Shown one piece after another: positions 38,997 to 47,975 of a DNA stretch of 64,000 nucleotides. A model generated the notes under the pieces. It worked only from the letters and a program-made list of their open reading frames with translations. It was not told where the DNA came from and did not search any database. Every line of letters begins with the position of its first letter. Position 1 is the stretch's first letter. Position numbers and translations under genes: made by a program. The stretch is from a virus. The stretch is from positions 22,057 to 86,056 of the IMG/VR virus record IMGVR_UViG_3300045988_106180; one strand, written 5' to 3'.

Positions 38997-39363
38997 CGCA
39001 ATCTATTTTACTGTTTTTTGAAAGTTCTATTATTGCCTCCTTTAGCATCTCTCTTGCTTTATCTTCGTTATCTTCAAGCAAGCATACACTGCACGATATA
39101 CCCATACGATCTCCATAAGCTTCGGCATTACCTAATGTGAATGCGCAGCAGTAATCATAATCCATGTTTTTTGCTACGGCAATAAACTGATTATCTTCTA
39201 TCAGTACAGCATATTCAGCATCAGTTTCACACATGATAATGGCTTTATCTTTTTTTATAGACAATACCTTGTTTCTAAAAAGTCCGTTATAAATCCATAG
39301 TTCTTTTCCTGCATTTTTATAAAACGCAGCCATATCTTCCTTGGTTGTAACTTCTTTTTTCAT
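38986..39363 (-). CDS. hypothetical protein (125 aa)
   Basis: ORF. Confidence 0.45.
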   Translation of the reverse strand: MKKEVTTKEDMAAFYKNAGKELWIYNGLFRNKVLSIKKDKAIIMCETDAEYAVLIEDNQFIAVAKNMDYDYCCAFTLGNAEAYGDRMGISCSVCLLEDNEDKAREMLKEAIIELSKNSKIDCDGL

Positions 39364-39366
39364 GAC

Positions 39367-39687
39367 TTACTCGTGTTTAACATCAGTAATTAAAACATAT
39401 CTTTTAACAATATCTTCAAGCTCCATAGAAAATAATAAAGTTGGGCTTTTTCCGTACTCGTACAGAGCGAACCCTTCCTTTATGTCTAATATCTTAATCA
39501 CATGCTTGCCTCTTTCAAATGGATCCATGAAGTAGCCTTTGTATTCGTATCTTTGACCGACTTTTATTTTGTCGGTCTTCTTCTTCATCTTATACCGATC
39601 TATTGCCCTGCTTATTTTTATAAGAATCGTTACAAACAGGTATGATAATAAAAAGACCGCTGCTCCTGTTATCAATGCTTCTTTCAT
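39367..39687 (-). CDS. small membrane protein (106 aa)
   Basis: N-terminal TM helix (AAVFLLSYLFVTILI). Confidence 0.45.
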   Translation of the reverse strand: MKEALITGAAVFLLSYLFVTILIKISRAIDRYKMKKKTDKIKVGQRYEYKGYFMDPFERGKHVIKILDIKEGFALYEYGKSPTLLFSMELEDIVKRYVLITDVKHE

Positions 39688-39857
39688 TGTATTTCTTTTA
39701 AATAGTTAAACCATATATCCTCCAGTCTTTCCTGAAGCTCAAACGCTTTCTTGAAATTCCCGCATCTTACAGCAACGTCTCTCATGTATTCTACGTTTAT
39801 AACTTCCGGATCTTGCCGGTATTTTGTTCTTAACTTTTGAACATCATCGTATTTCAT
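39684..39857 (-). CDS. unlisted small ORF (~57 aa, MKYDDVQKLRTKYRQDPEV...)
   Basis: Fills the gap between flanking genes. Its ATG overlaps the upstream stop (ATGA) and its stop overlaps the downstream start. Below the ORF-track size cutoff. Confidence 0.3.
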   Translation of the reverse strand: MKYDDVQKLRTKYRQDPEVINVEYMRDVAVRCGNFKKAFELQERLEDIWFNYLKEIQ

Positions 39858-40873
39858 CGTTTTATCTTTTTAGACGGATCCCAATCCGAAGAGAAAGGGC
39901 ATTCGTTTTTGTTATGTAATCCAAAGTCGCAATAATAACACAGTGCTGACGGGCAGGGTAGTTTGTTTTGCGGAACAGGCTGGCTTAGGGTGGCACGCCG
40001 CTTGCTATACCTGGCTCCTTCTGCTCCCTGGATGTACGCTTGAAATGATTTTACACTATTATCTTCAAAATCATACATTTTAGATAAAGTGTCATTTAGC
40101 ATCTCTATAGATTTCGTTTTACGTTCCTCATCTACCTTAACCTTTTGGTACTGCCTGGTCCTGGTAAAGAAATAGATGTTCATATCTGGAAGAACTCCAC
40201 CATATCTTCTATAGATGTAAAATGAATATATAGGATGCTGTAAATTTGTTTCCAACTTCTTGGAATCAAAAACCTTATTTCCTGATTTCCAATCTATGAC
40301 ATAATGGTGAACTACGTTCTTGCTCTTTATAGCCAGATGAAGGTCTACCGATCCTACTATGTACACATGAGTATGAACGTCACCATTTATATCAACAGGC
40401 TTAGGAAGACGGTACGGTAACACAAAATCCTCTTCGACTCCAACTATAGCGCCGTGTCTGATAAGTTTCTCACAGGGATTAAGATCACTATCAGCTATTA
40501 TAAACCTATTCCCGTCTTTTTTAAACAGATCCACAATCCAAGCAAGAAGCTCCCCGGATTGCTTCATGGCTATCATCATATTTTCCGGTGATTGCCAAGG
40601 TATGTCTTCTTGATAGGAATAGTAACTTATCGCTTCTCCAAGGTCTTTACCAGAAGGCTGTCTTCCGTTCTTAAAAAAGTATTCCAGTGTCTTATGGATA
40701 ACCGTACCATAAGACGTAGCTTCTTGTTTTTCTGTAGACCTTTTGCCCTCTACGTAAGTCTTATACCATTTCATTGGACAGGTAAGAAACGTATCTATCT
40801 GGGAATAAGATATGGCAAGGCGTTTCACTCCATTAAACTCCTTATATAGCAAATGCGTTTCCGGGACCATCAT
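39854..40873 (-). CDS. PD-(D/E)XK nuclease, Cas4/RecB-like, with Cys cluster
   Basis: N-terminal SYSQIDTFLTCPMKWY. D-x-K motif VIDWKSGNK. C-terminal CPSALCYYCDF...C is consistent with an Fe-S cluster. Confidence 0.6.
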   Translation of the reverse strand: MMVPETHLLYKEFNGVKRLAISYSQIDTFLTCPMKWYKTYVEGKRSTEKQEATSYGTVIHKTLEYFFKNGRQPSGKDLGEAISYYSYQEDIPWQSPENMMIAMKQSGELLAWIVDLFKKDGNRFIIADSDLNPCEKLIRHGAIVGVEEDFVLPYRLPKPVDINGDVHTHVYIVGSVDLHLAIKSKNVVHHYVIDWKSGNKVFDSKKLETNLQHPIYSFYIYRRYGGVLPDMNIYFFTRTRQYQKVKVDEERKTKSIEMLNDTLSKMYDFEDNSVKSFQAYIQGAEGARYSKRRATLSQPVPQNKLPCPSALCYYCDFGLHNKNECPFSSDWDPSKKIKR

Positions 40874-41229
40874 AAGTCATTGTCTTTAAACCCTTCTGGG
40901 TAATATACGACATACTTTTTACCGTCTTCTGGTGTCATGGCAAACTGCATGTAGTTATTACGATTACGATGCTTGCCATCCAATCCTCGTTTCCAATACA
41001 GGATACCGTCTATATCCACATAAGATCGGCCGCGGTCGGCTCTAACCACGTCCGTGTGTAGCAGATACCCGTCGGAAGACACGATCCACACTTTATCCCC
41101 TTTGTTTAAATAAGATATTCTTTTTCTTACAACAACCTTTTTCTTATTATCTAATGCAAATTCCTCATCGGTCATACTCTTCATCCTCCTCTTCTTCTGT
41201 TTCAAAATCAATTCCATAACACTGATCAT
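40870..41229 (-). CDS. hypothetical protein (119 aa)
   Basis: ORF. Confidence 0.45.
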   Translation of the reverse strand: MISVMELILKQKKRRMKSMTDEEFALDNKKKVVVRKRISYLNKGDKVWIVSSDGYLLHTDVVRADRGRSYVDIDGILYWKRGLDGKHRNRNNYMQFAMTPEDGKKYVVYYPEGFKDNDL

Positions 41230-41382
41230 AATGCTTGGTCAGTTCTTCTGGTTCTAAATCTTGTCCAAAATCCATGTTAAAAATATCGTAATTAGTAAAG
41301 CACTGTTCCTGCCGGCAGGAAATCTATGAATGCTGCTTTTATTTCTTCAATTAGGCCCAAGTGTAACCTTGGGCCATTGTAT

Positions 41383-43083
41383 TTATTTTTTGTCATCTCC
41401 TTTTAATTTCTTTAAAGTATCTGCAATCGGAAGCTGATCAATGACTCCCAATGCCGGAGCGACGGTCTTGACAACATTGTTAAGGAAATTACCGGTACTG
41501 TTCTGACCGCCGTCAAATACCGTGATATTTCCGAGATTAATGTGCTCAAATGCTTTAACCTGTTCTCCAGCAATTTCTTTCCACTGATTAACCATCTTGT
41601 ACTGGATGGCTATCTGAGGATTGGATTCTGCTGCTTCCACCATAGCCTTAAATCCGTCGGCTTCTGCCATCAACGACTTTTTCTTACCTTCGGCTTCTGC
41701 CTCCAGCTTCATCTGAATAGCTTTTGCTTCCGCTTCTGCTTTTGCCAAATGTGCTGCTGCTTCGGCATCAGCCCGACGTTTGATCTTCTCAGCTTCAGCA
41801 TCAGCTTGCAAGATAGCCTCTTCCTTCTGGGTTTCAGCCGGCACAATCTTTTCAGCTTTAAGCGCAGCTTGAACCTTCTTAGCTTTAGCTTCTTCCACTT
41901 CTTTATCAGCAAGCTCTTTTGCCGTTTTCACAGCCGCTTCCGATTTAACTCTCTCTTCTCCGGCTTTCTTTTCTGATTGAGCTTTGATAATCTGTAGTTC
42001 TGATACTGACACAGCAACCTCCTTCTGGGCATTGTTGTATCCTATAGACGCATTTTTCTCAGCCTCAGCCTTCTTAATCTGAGCTTCAGAGTCTTGTATT
42101 GCTATAGCTGCTTCCTTGTCAGCTTCAGCCTTATTCTTTCCGACTTCTTCCATCCTTTCAGCCTCGGCTTTATTTACTTCAAGTTCTGCCTTAGATCTTG
42201 CGATCGCTGATTCCTTATCAGCCAAAGTCTTTGCAATAACCGCAGCCCTATCTCTATCGGCTTGAGCTACACCGATCTGTTTTTCTTTATCGGTTAAAGC
42301 CAAAGCTACTTCTTTTTCTTTCTTTGTTTCAGCTACTACCGTTTCCTTTTCTTTTTCAGTACAAGCAATTTGAATCTCTTGTTCTTTTTTGGTATTAGCC
42401 ACAGCCGTTTCTTTCTCCTTCTGCTGTACAGCAATCTTAATAGCCCCCAGCTTCTCCTGTTCTTCGATATTAGCCTGTGCTTCGTTCAGAGCCCTACTTT
42501 CAGCCTCCTTACCAAGGTTCATAATATAACCGGCTTCGTCTCTAATGTCACTGATGTTGATGTTCAGGAGGTAAAGACCTAACTTGTTAAGCTCGTTATC
42601 AATGTTCTTTCTTGCCTTATCCAAAAACTCATCCCTGTCAGAATTAAGTTTTTCGATTGTCATTTCAGCAATAATCAAACGCATCTGACCGTAAACGATG
42701 TCCGTAATAAGATTTTCAGTAGATTCGGTATCCATCCCCAAAAGTCTTTCTGCCGCATTTTGCATGATTTCGGGATTTGTACTGATAGCTACTGTAATGG
42801 TCGTAGGTACATCTACTCTAATATTCTGAGATGACAAAGCACCGGTAAGCTTGCAATCTATTTGCATAGGCTCCATTGACAAAACATCATAGCTTTGAAT
42901 AATAGGCAAGACAAATGCCGCTCCACCATGATATAATTTTGCCGACTTCTTTTCCCCACCTGTCTTACCATAAACGACCAAGACCTGATTAGGCTTACAT
43001 CTACGATACCTTGATAAGACTCCGATGATTGTCAAAATAATCACTACAGCTAAGATAGCTGACACGTACATGATTGTTGTCAT
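41383..43083 (-). CDS. flotillin-like SPFH/band-7 protein (YqiK/FloT family, 566 aa)
   Basis: N-terminal TM helix, then an SPFH domain (KPNQVLVVYGKTGG...QIDCKLTGALSSQNIRV...LGKEAESRALNEAQANIEEQEK), then a long Ala/Glu/Lys-rich coiled coil (AEAEAKAIQMKLEAEAEG). Confidence 0.8.
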   Translation of the reverse strand: MTTIMYVSAILAVVIILTIIGVLSRYRRCKPNQVLVVYGKTGGEKKSAKLYHGGAAFVLPIIQSYDVLSMEPMQIDCKLTGALSSQNIRVDVPTTITVAISTNPEIMQNAAERLLGMDTESTENLITDIVYGQMRLIIAEMTIEKLNSDRDEFLDKARKNIDNELNKLGLYLLNINISDIRDEAGYIMNLGKEAESRALNEAQANIEEQEKLGAIKIAVQQKEKETAVANTKKEQEIQIACTEKEKETVVAETKKEKEVALALTDKEKQIGVAQADRDRAAVIAKTLADKESAIARSKAELEVNKAEAERMEEVGKNKAEADKEAAIAIQDSEAQIKKAEAEKNASIGYNNAQKEVAVSVSELQIIKAQSEKKAGEERVKSEAAVKTAKELADKEVEEAKAKKVQAALKAEKIVPAETQKEEAILQADAEAEKIKRRADAEAAAHLAKAEAEAKAIQMKLEAEAEGKKKSLMAEADGFKAMVEAAESNPQIAIQYKMVNQWKEIAGEQVKAFEHINLGNITVFDGGQNSTGNFLNNVVKTVAPALGVIDQLPIADTLKKLKGDDKK

Positions 43084-43115
43084 AACTTTTAAAATTTAAT
43101 TGTTGATAAAAAAAA

Positions 43116-43610
43116 TTAGATACTTAATTCTCCTTCTTCGTATTTTATATTCACCTTGTCACCGTTTTTGTAATTTTTTCCAGACAAGCACCTCACTCTC
43201 ATCTGTTCCTGTCTTCCATTTTTCGAAATATTTACCATATAATGATTCTTACCTGATCTAAATACTATCTCCGCCTCTCTGCCATTTAAATCTTCCGGAC
43301 ATTCGTACACCATTTCTTGTTTTAACTTAAGAAGTAACTTATATACGTAAAACAAAACGATAAAGAAAAATGACCCTATTACGATCCCTACTAAATGGGA
43401 ACCCGAAAAGTACGTAGTCCAGCTATATCCAAGAATAAAATGTGTTATGCCTTTGAATGATATGATGTCCGACAAAGACATGCTTAAATCAGAAGCGTTA
43501 TCAATGTCAATATCCGTATCCAGATCAGATCCTAATATCGACAATAAAAACTGTATAACAAAAGCAAATGACGCTATTAAAGCCATGCATAAAATTATAT
43601 CATTTCCCAT
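43116..43610 (-). CDS. NfeD-like membrane protein (short form, YuaF/YqiJ-like)
   Basis: Multiple N-terminal TM helices and a C-terminal beta-rich soluble domain ending GDKVNIKYEEGELSI. Sits directly upstream of the flotillin gene, the canonical nfeD-floT order. Confidence 0.55.
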   Translation of the reverse strand: MGNDIILCMALIASFAFVIQFLLSILGSDLDTDIDIDNASDLSMSLSDIISFKGITHFILGYSWTTYFSGSHLVGIVIGSFFFIVLFYVYKLLLKLKQEMVYECPEDLNGREAEIVFRSGKNHYMVNISKNGRQEQMRVRCLSGKNYKNGDKVNIKYEEGELSI

Positions 43611-43851
43611 ATCCTTCTGTTATTATTTTGTAAACAAGATCAGTCATATCTTTGATGGATTCTGTATCATAATCAATAATAACGATATTGAATTTTTGTT
43701 CCACCATCGCATCAAGCTCAATTCGATCAATAGAATCTAATCCAAGTTCTTTAAACGACACATCTTCTTCATGAACTATATCCATTTCCGAATTAAGAAA
43801 CTGAGTAATAATTATATCCTCTATTATCTTTCTAATTCTTACTTTTTCCAT
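43600..43851 (-). CDS. acyl carrier protein homolog (83 aa)
   Basis: LGLDSIDRIELDAMVEQKF matches the phosphopantetheine-attachment motif (DSL/DSI) and the acidic helix II of ACPs. Size is typical. Confidence 0.55.
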   Translation of the reverse strand: MEKVRIRKIIEDIIITQFLNSEMDIVHEEDVSFKELGLDSIDRIELDAMVEQKFNIVIIDYDTESIKDMTDLVYKIITEGYGK

Positions 43852-44552
43852 TGCTTTCTAATTTTGTTAAATAAATACGTTTTTATGTTTTTCAACCTCT
43901 CTTTGTCTGTTTCCGAACTTCCGGTAAACAAATAATCCGGATTGCCTTTAGCCGGCGGCGTAGGCAATTTAGATACGGCAAACAACCAATCCATTTCCTT
44001 ATTCTTCTTAGGCTCCAAATAAGGCTCGGTAGCGATCTTAAATTTTTCAGCTATTAGGTCAAAGAGCTTTGAGTTTTTAAGGTTCATATGGACTGAAAAA
44101 GCCTGAGAAGGCGGTTTCCATATGAAGTTACATAAGCTCATTGTATAATCTCCTGACTCTGCTATATAAGATTCCGTTACCTGAAGTATGACCTCTTTCT
44201 TGAATGAGGTGTTACCCATAAACCAACACAATCTGGATTCCGCTTCTTTTCTGCTGACACCTATGTCTTTTGAATATGATTCGTACATTCCTATCATAAT
44301 CTTCAACGTTTCCAGGACCTCGTCCGTCATTTCCGGTGTCTCTATATAATTCACAAAAGACGTTCCTTTGTTGGTTAATCTCATCACACCTGATTTTAAT
44401 TTCTCAACCAGGCCAAGCTCTATATACCTCCCAGCATCTTTTTCCAGCATGGCTTCGATCATAACCGTATCCTTCTGTCTTATAGCAAGAAGATTAGCCA
44501 GATCATTAGGAGTCATGTCTGATGCTGCAAGTTGTCTGAAATTGATGTACAT
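43839..44552 (-). CDS. hypothetical protein (237 aa)
   Basis: ORF coupled to the ACP gene. Confidence 0.45.
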   Translation of the reverse strand: MYINFRQLAASDMTPNDLANLLAIRQKDTVMIEAMLEKDAGRYIELGLVEKLKSGVMRLTNKGTSFVNYIETPEMTDEVLETLKIMIGMYESYSKDIGVSRKEAESRLCWFMGNTSFKKEVILQVTESYIAESGDYTMSLCNFIWKPPSQAFSVHMNLKNSKLFDLIAEKFKIATEPYLEPKKNKEMDWLFAVSKLPTPPAKGNPDYLFTGSSETDKERLKNIKTYLFNKIRKQWKK

Positions 44553-44554
44553 GC

Positions 44555-44764
44555 CTAATCAGCTTTAATAAAAATAACATCCTTACCATCCTCCCTCTCT
44601 ACGTGATTACACGGGCCTGCGACTACATCTACCGACCCGCATGTAATGTGGTCGTTAAATATACATCCTTCACATCCTAAGTCTGGCTCTGGAGCATCCA
44701 CACATTTTAATCTCACAAGTCCGGCATCAAACACTTCTCCTACTTTAAATTCCTTCTTTTCCAT
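44555..44764 (-). CDS. small Cys-rich protein (69 aa)
   Basis: Five Cys residues (C..C, C...C). Confidence 0.4.
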   Translation of the reverse strand: MEKKEFKVGEVFDAGLVRLKCVDAPEPDLGCEGCIFNDHITCGSVDVVAGPCNHVEREDGKDVIFIKAD

Positions 44765-44779
44765 ATTTCCTCCTTGTTT

Positions 44780-45382
44780 TTAACTGTTGTACCCTTCTTT
44801 GATAATCGAATTTCTACCGGTAGATACCGACTGTCGAAGATCGTCATGTACAGAATCTACCGTAGAATACTTGTTTCTGGTTGTAAAAATCACTTCCAGC
44901 ATCTCCTTGTAATCACCTAAAGCTACTTCGTATCTCGGATCCACTTTGGCTTTTCTTTCAGCCTCGGCATTACTTTTAGCCAGCTCTCGGTCGAGAAGAT
45001 CTTCTTTGATTCGGTCAGCAATCATATCAAGCTCTTTCTTGATTACTTCGCCGGCTGCCCGAAGTTGACCTTCTACGTCACCAAGCTGGTCTTGGACGGT
45101 TCCTATTTCTTTCTTTAGACGATCGTATTCGTTAATCATACCCATATCACCTGCATAGCCGGAAAAGTCCTTGATTATTCTGGTTCCTTCTTTAAGGAGC
45201 TCAATGACTCGTCTTTTGCGTTCTCTGCTTATTAAAGACGGAAGACGATAATTCATATCCGCCACCGCCTTATCATGTATGGAGTTGATTAAAAACATCT
45301 CTCTTTCATCCCCTGCAAACTCAGTAAGAACCAAAAGGAACTTACTTATCAGGTATTCGTTTTCTTCTACTGTTAGTCTCAT
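44780..45382 (-). CDS. hypothetical coiled-coil protein (200 aa), possible helicase-associated factor
   Basis: ORF immediately downstream of the DnaB-like gene. Confidence 0.45.
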   Translation of the reverse strand: MRLTVEENEYLISKFLLVLTEFAGDEREMFLINSIHDKAVADMNYRLPSLISRERKRRVIELLKEGTRIIKDFSGYAGDMGMINEYDRLKKEIGTVQDQLGDVEGQLRAAGEVIKKELDMIADRIKEDLLDRELAKSNAEAERKAKVDPRYEVALGDYKEMLEVIFTTRNKYSTVDSVHDDLRQSVSTGRNSIIKEGYNS

Positions 45383-45397
45383 GGTTCTTATTTTTTT

Positions 45398-46531
45398 TTA
45401 ATACAATGACTGTTCTTCTTTTGTCTCTTGTTCTTGTTCCTGATTGTCCGTAACATCTTCCACAGTATAGAGCTTGGGCGGCGTCGGCGGCTGGTTGGGG
45501 TTCACGAACTTCGTCCCGCCCTCCCCGTACATCCATCCATGCCCCGGCAGGATCTCTGGGTGGATTGTATTAGTAAGCTCTTCCATACTAACTTGCCTTA
45601 CCTTCAGTATATGATGAAACACCAGTCCGGCTGTCCTGAATGATGTTTTGTTTTCAGTTTTAAACCTATCAAGAGTCTGATACCAATCTTTCCCAAATAT
45701 CATATACTTATCCAGCCCGTACCTACGAGGATTGTGCAAACCTATCATTAACGTACATAACTGACCCAGCGTATCAGATTGGTAAAAATCAGAAAGACGC
45801 GGAGGCTGCTCTTGTGGGCTTTTTATCCTTCCTTCTATCTCTCTGTTGAATTGGGATATGATGAGGAAAAATATGTTTTTATATACTAATTTAGCCTCGT
45901 TCATAACCGCCACCAAATCATCTATAGCCGACTTAGGATCTAACCCCATTCTTTTTATCAAAGCAATATGATCGACTTTAAATATTATAAGACGTTTGTC
46001 TTTGTGCTTGGTAGCTATATGATACACAGCCGCCTCAAACTCTTTTACCGTACACGGAGCATCGATGTATATTATATTATTCCTGATTTCACCTTGAAGG
46101 ATTTCAAACATCCTCATCTCTTCTACTGTATTAGAATCTTGCCTTCTTAATATTTCAGGAGCTCGCTTTTTCATATCCTGGCTCATTCTGCGAAGAAGAA
46201 GATCTTGAGGATTCATTTCGAACTCGCAATTGACAAGAAAATAATCTTCTGCTTGCGGGTTGATCATCGGATTCATCACATTTTCCAATATCTTTTGGGC
46301 CACATACGATTTACCTACAGACGGGCGGGCTCCTATGGCAATAGCATGCTGAGGGAAAATACCTCCAAGCAAAGCCTCATCAATATAATCGTATCCGGTT
46401 TTAGCGGGGATAAGTTCTCCCCGCCTGTATTTCAAGATATTCTCATACGCCTCCTCCATAACCTGTTTGGAGGTTTTGAATATTCTTCTTATATCTATCC
46501 TATTTGCTATCTCCTCGTGCATTTTTGTCAC
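45398..46531 (-). CDS. DnaB-family replicative DNA helicase
   Basis: Walker A GARPSVGKSYVAQ. DnaB C-terminal RecA-fold motifs (IISQFNREIEGR...PRLSDFYQSDTLGQLCTLMIGLHNP). Confidence 0.8.
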   Translation of the reverse strand: MTKMHEEIANRIDIRRIFKTSKQVMEEAYENILKYRRGELIPAKTGYDYIDEALLGGIFPQHAIAIGARPSVGKSYVAQKILENVMNPMINPQAEDYFLVNCEFEMNPQDLLLRRMSQDMKKRAPEILRRQDSNTVEEMRMFEILQGEIRNNIIYIDAPCTVKEFEAAVYHIATKHKDKRLIIFKVDHIALIKRMGLDPKSAIDDLVAVMNEAKLVYKNIFFLIISQFNREIEGRIKSPQEQPPRLSDFYQSDTLGQLCTLMIGLHNPRRYGLDKYMIFGKDWYQTLDRFKTENKTSFRTAGLVFHHILKVRQVSMEELTNTIHPEILPGHGWMYGEGGTKFVNPNQPPTPPKLYTVEDVTDNQEQEQETKEEQSLY

Positions 46532-46778
46532 CTTTTGTATCCGATTTGGATCCCCTATTAGCTTTTACTGATTTATACCTAAGACCGTTCTTGGTATGAG
46601 AACAATCTTTGCCTTTCCTCCAGCTTTTGCCTTTCTTCTTGTCCGTTTCGTAGTTTTTACGACCAAGCTCTCGGCGTTTGGCTTTCTGTTCCGGTCTGGC
46701 ATTTATCTCCTTGTCCTTTTTAGCCTTTTTCTTCCTGGCTTCGGGATGAGTCCTGTAGTACTCTGTCGATCTACCCAT
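46500..46778 (-). CDS. very basic K/R-rich small protein (92 aa)
   Basis: ORF that looks low-complexity and disordered. Confidence 0.4.
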   Translation of the reverse strand: MGRSTEYYRTHPEARKKKAKKDKEINARPEQKAKRRELGRKNYETDKKKGKSWRKGKDCSHTKNGLRYKSVKANRGSKSDTKGDKNARGDSK

Positions 46779-46829
46779 GTGCTTATGTTTTTTTGATTAA
46801 TAATAGCACAAAGATAGGCAATTCGCGCC

Positions 46830-47396
46830 CTATTTCAATCTGCCGTAACTCATATCAGGATCACACCAGACATACCCGTCTTTCTCATCATGAAGATACT
46901 CAGGGCATCCTCTGCATGCGCTACTGCCTGACACTATTTGGTTGTTCTTATTAGGGCACTTATCTCCAGGCTTATGCCATTCTATTCTCGAACCTGATCG
47001 TTCTTTGTTTACATGACAGAACTGAAAGACTTTTCCCATCGTCTTCTCGCCGAACATACCTATATGTGTGTATTCTTCCGGTATAGATAGAAATTCGGAT
47101 AAATCTTTATACATCCTTTCCTGTTCTTCCGGCGTAGACCACAGTCTGTCAAGTTCGGCATGGACTCTTATTTTAAGAGACCTTAGTGATGGGCCCGCAA
47201 GCCGGCCTTTAGCTTTTCCCTTATTCGGCCCTGATTCATGAACACCGACATAAGCGTTGCATGGTTTACACATCATAACCATCCCTAATCCTTTTCTGTT
47301 ATATATTTTATCGGCATTGACCAGCTCGGTTTCTTTTCCGCAATAAGGACAAATTTCGCCTCTTAAAACCCGTTGTTGGCGCTCATTAAGTTCCAT
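46830..47396 (-). CDS. zinc-ribbon protein (DUF3268-like CPYCG...CKPCNAYVGVH motif)
   Basis: Motif read by eye; the family assignment is from memory. Confidence 0.45.
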   Translation of the reverse strand: MELNERQQRVLRGEICPYCGKETELVNADKIYNRKGLGMVMMCKPCNAYVGVHESGPNKGKAKGRLAGPSLRSLKIRVHAELDRLWSTPEEQERMYKDLSEFLSIPEEYTHIGMFGEKTMGKVFQFCHVNKERSGSRIEWHKPGDKCPNKNNQIVSGSSACRGCPEYLHDEKDGYVWCDPDMSYGRLK

Positions 47397-47638
47397 ACCC
47401 TATTCTTTTGTTTTTCTTTAAACTTTTCATACAAACTGCTTTCAGTTTCCATTTCCGAAATCTCTACCTCTACGTCCTCTCTTTTGAAAATTACTTTCTT
47501 GGCTGTCGGATACGCACATTTAGAGATACGAATAGCATTACGAATAGCGTAAACAAAATACGTTTCTGGTGACGATTCGATCACCACTACCTCATTTAAA
47601 GTGTTTTTGTAATTTTCCATATTATCTACTTGCTTCAA
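47363..47638 (-). CDS. hypothetical protein (91 aa)
   Basis: ORF. Confidence 0.4.
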   Translation of the reverse strand: MKQVDNMENYKNTLNEVVVIESSPETYFVYAIRNAIRISKCAYPTAKKVIFKREDVEVEISEMETESSLYEKFKEKQKNRVWNLMSANNGF

Positions 47639-47975
47639 TTATATAACCCGGATGATCTTCGCACGCCTCTTTATATTCGATAAGAAACTTAAGAAATGAA
47701 TCATAAGACCCCCATCCGTTTTCCGGCTCGTATCTCAAAAGACTTTTTCTCTTAGAGATCATAACACATATACCTTTTGTAAGTACATTCTTCATCTCAT
47801 CGGTATCTATTTCCCTACCCAATTCTTCTGGTCTCCAAACATAATCGTACAGCGTTTCTTTATTTTCTGATACGAATATTCTTTGTGCCATCTTGTTCAT
47901 GTTGTGGGTAATGTTTGCAACCCATTCACGATCCTCTTCTTTCTTCTTACTTTTAATATAAACGTCCAGGCTCAT
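47622..47975 (-). CDS. hypothetical protein (117 aa)
   Basis: ORF. Confidence 0.4.
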   Translation of the reverse strand: MSLDVYIKSKKKEEDREWVANITHNMNKMAQRIFVSENKETLYDYVWRPEELGREIDTDEMKNVLTKGICVMISKRKSLLRYEPENGWGSYDSFLKFLIEYKEACEDHPGYIIEASR

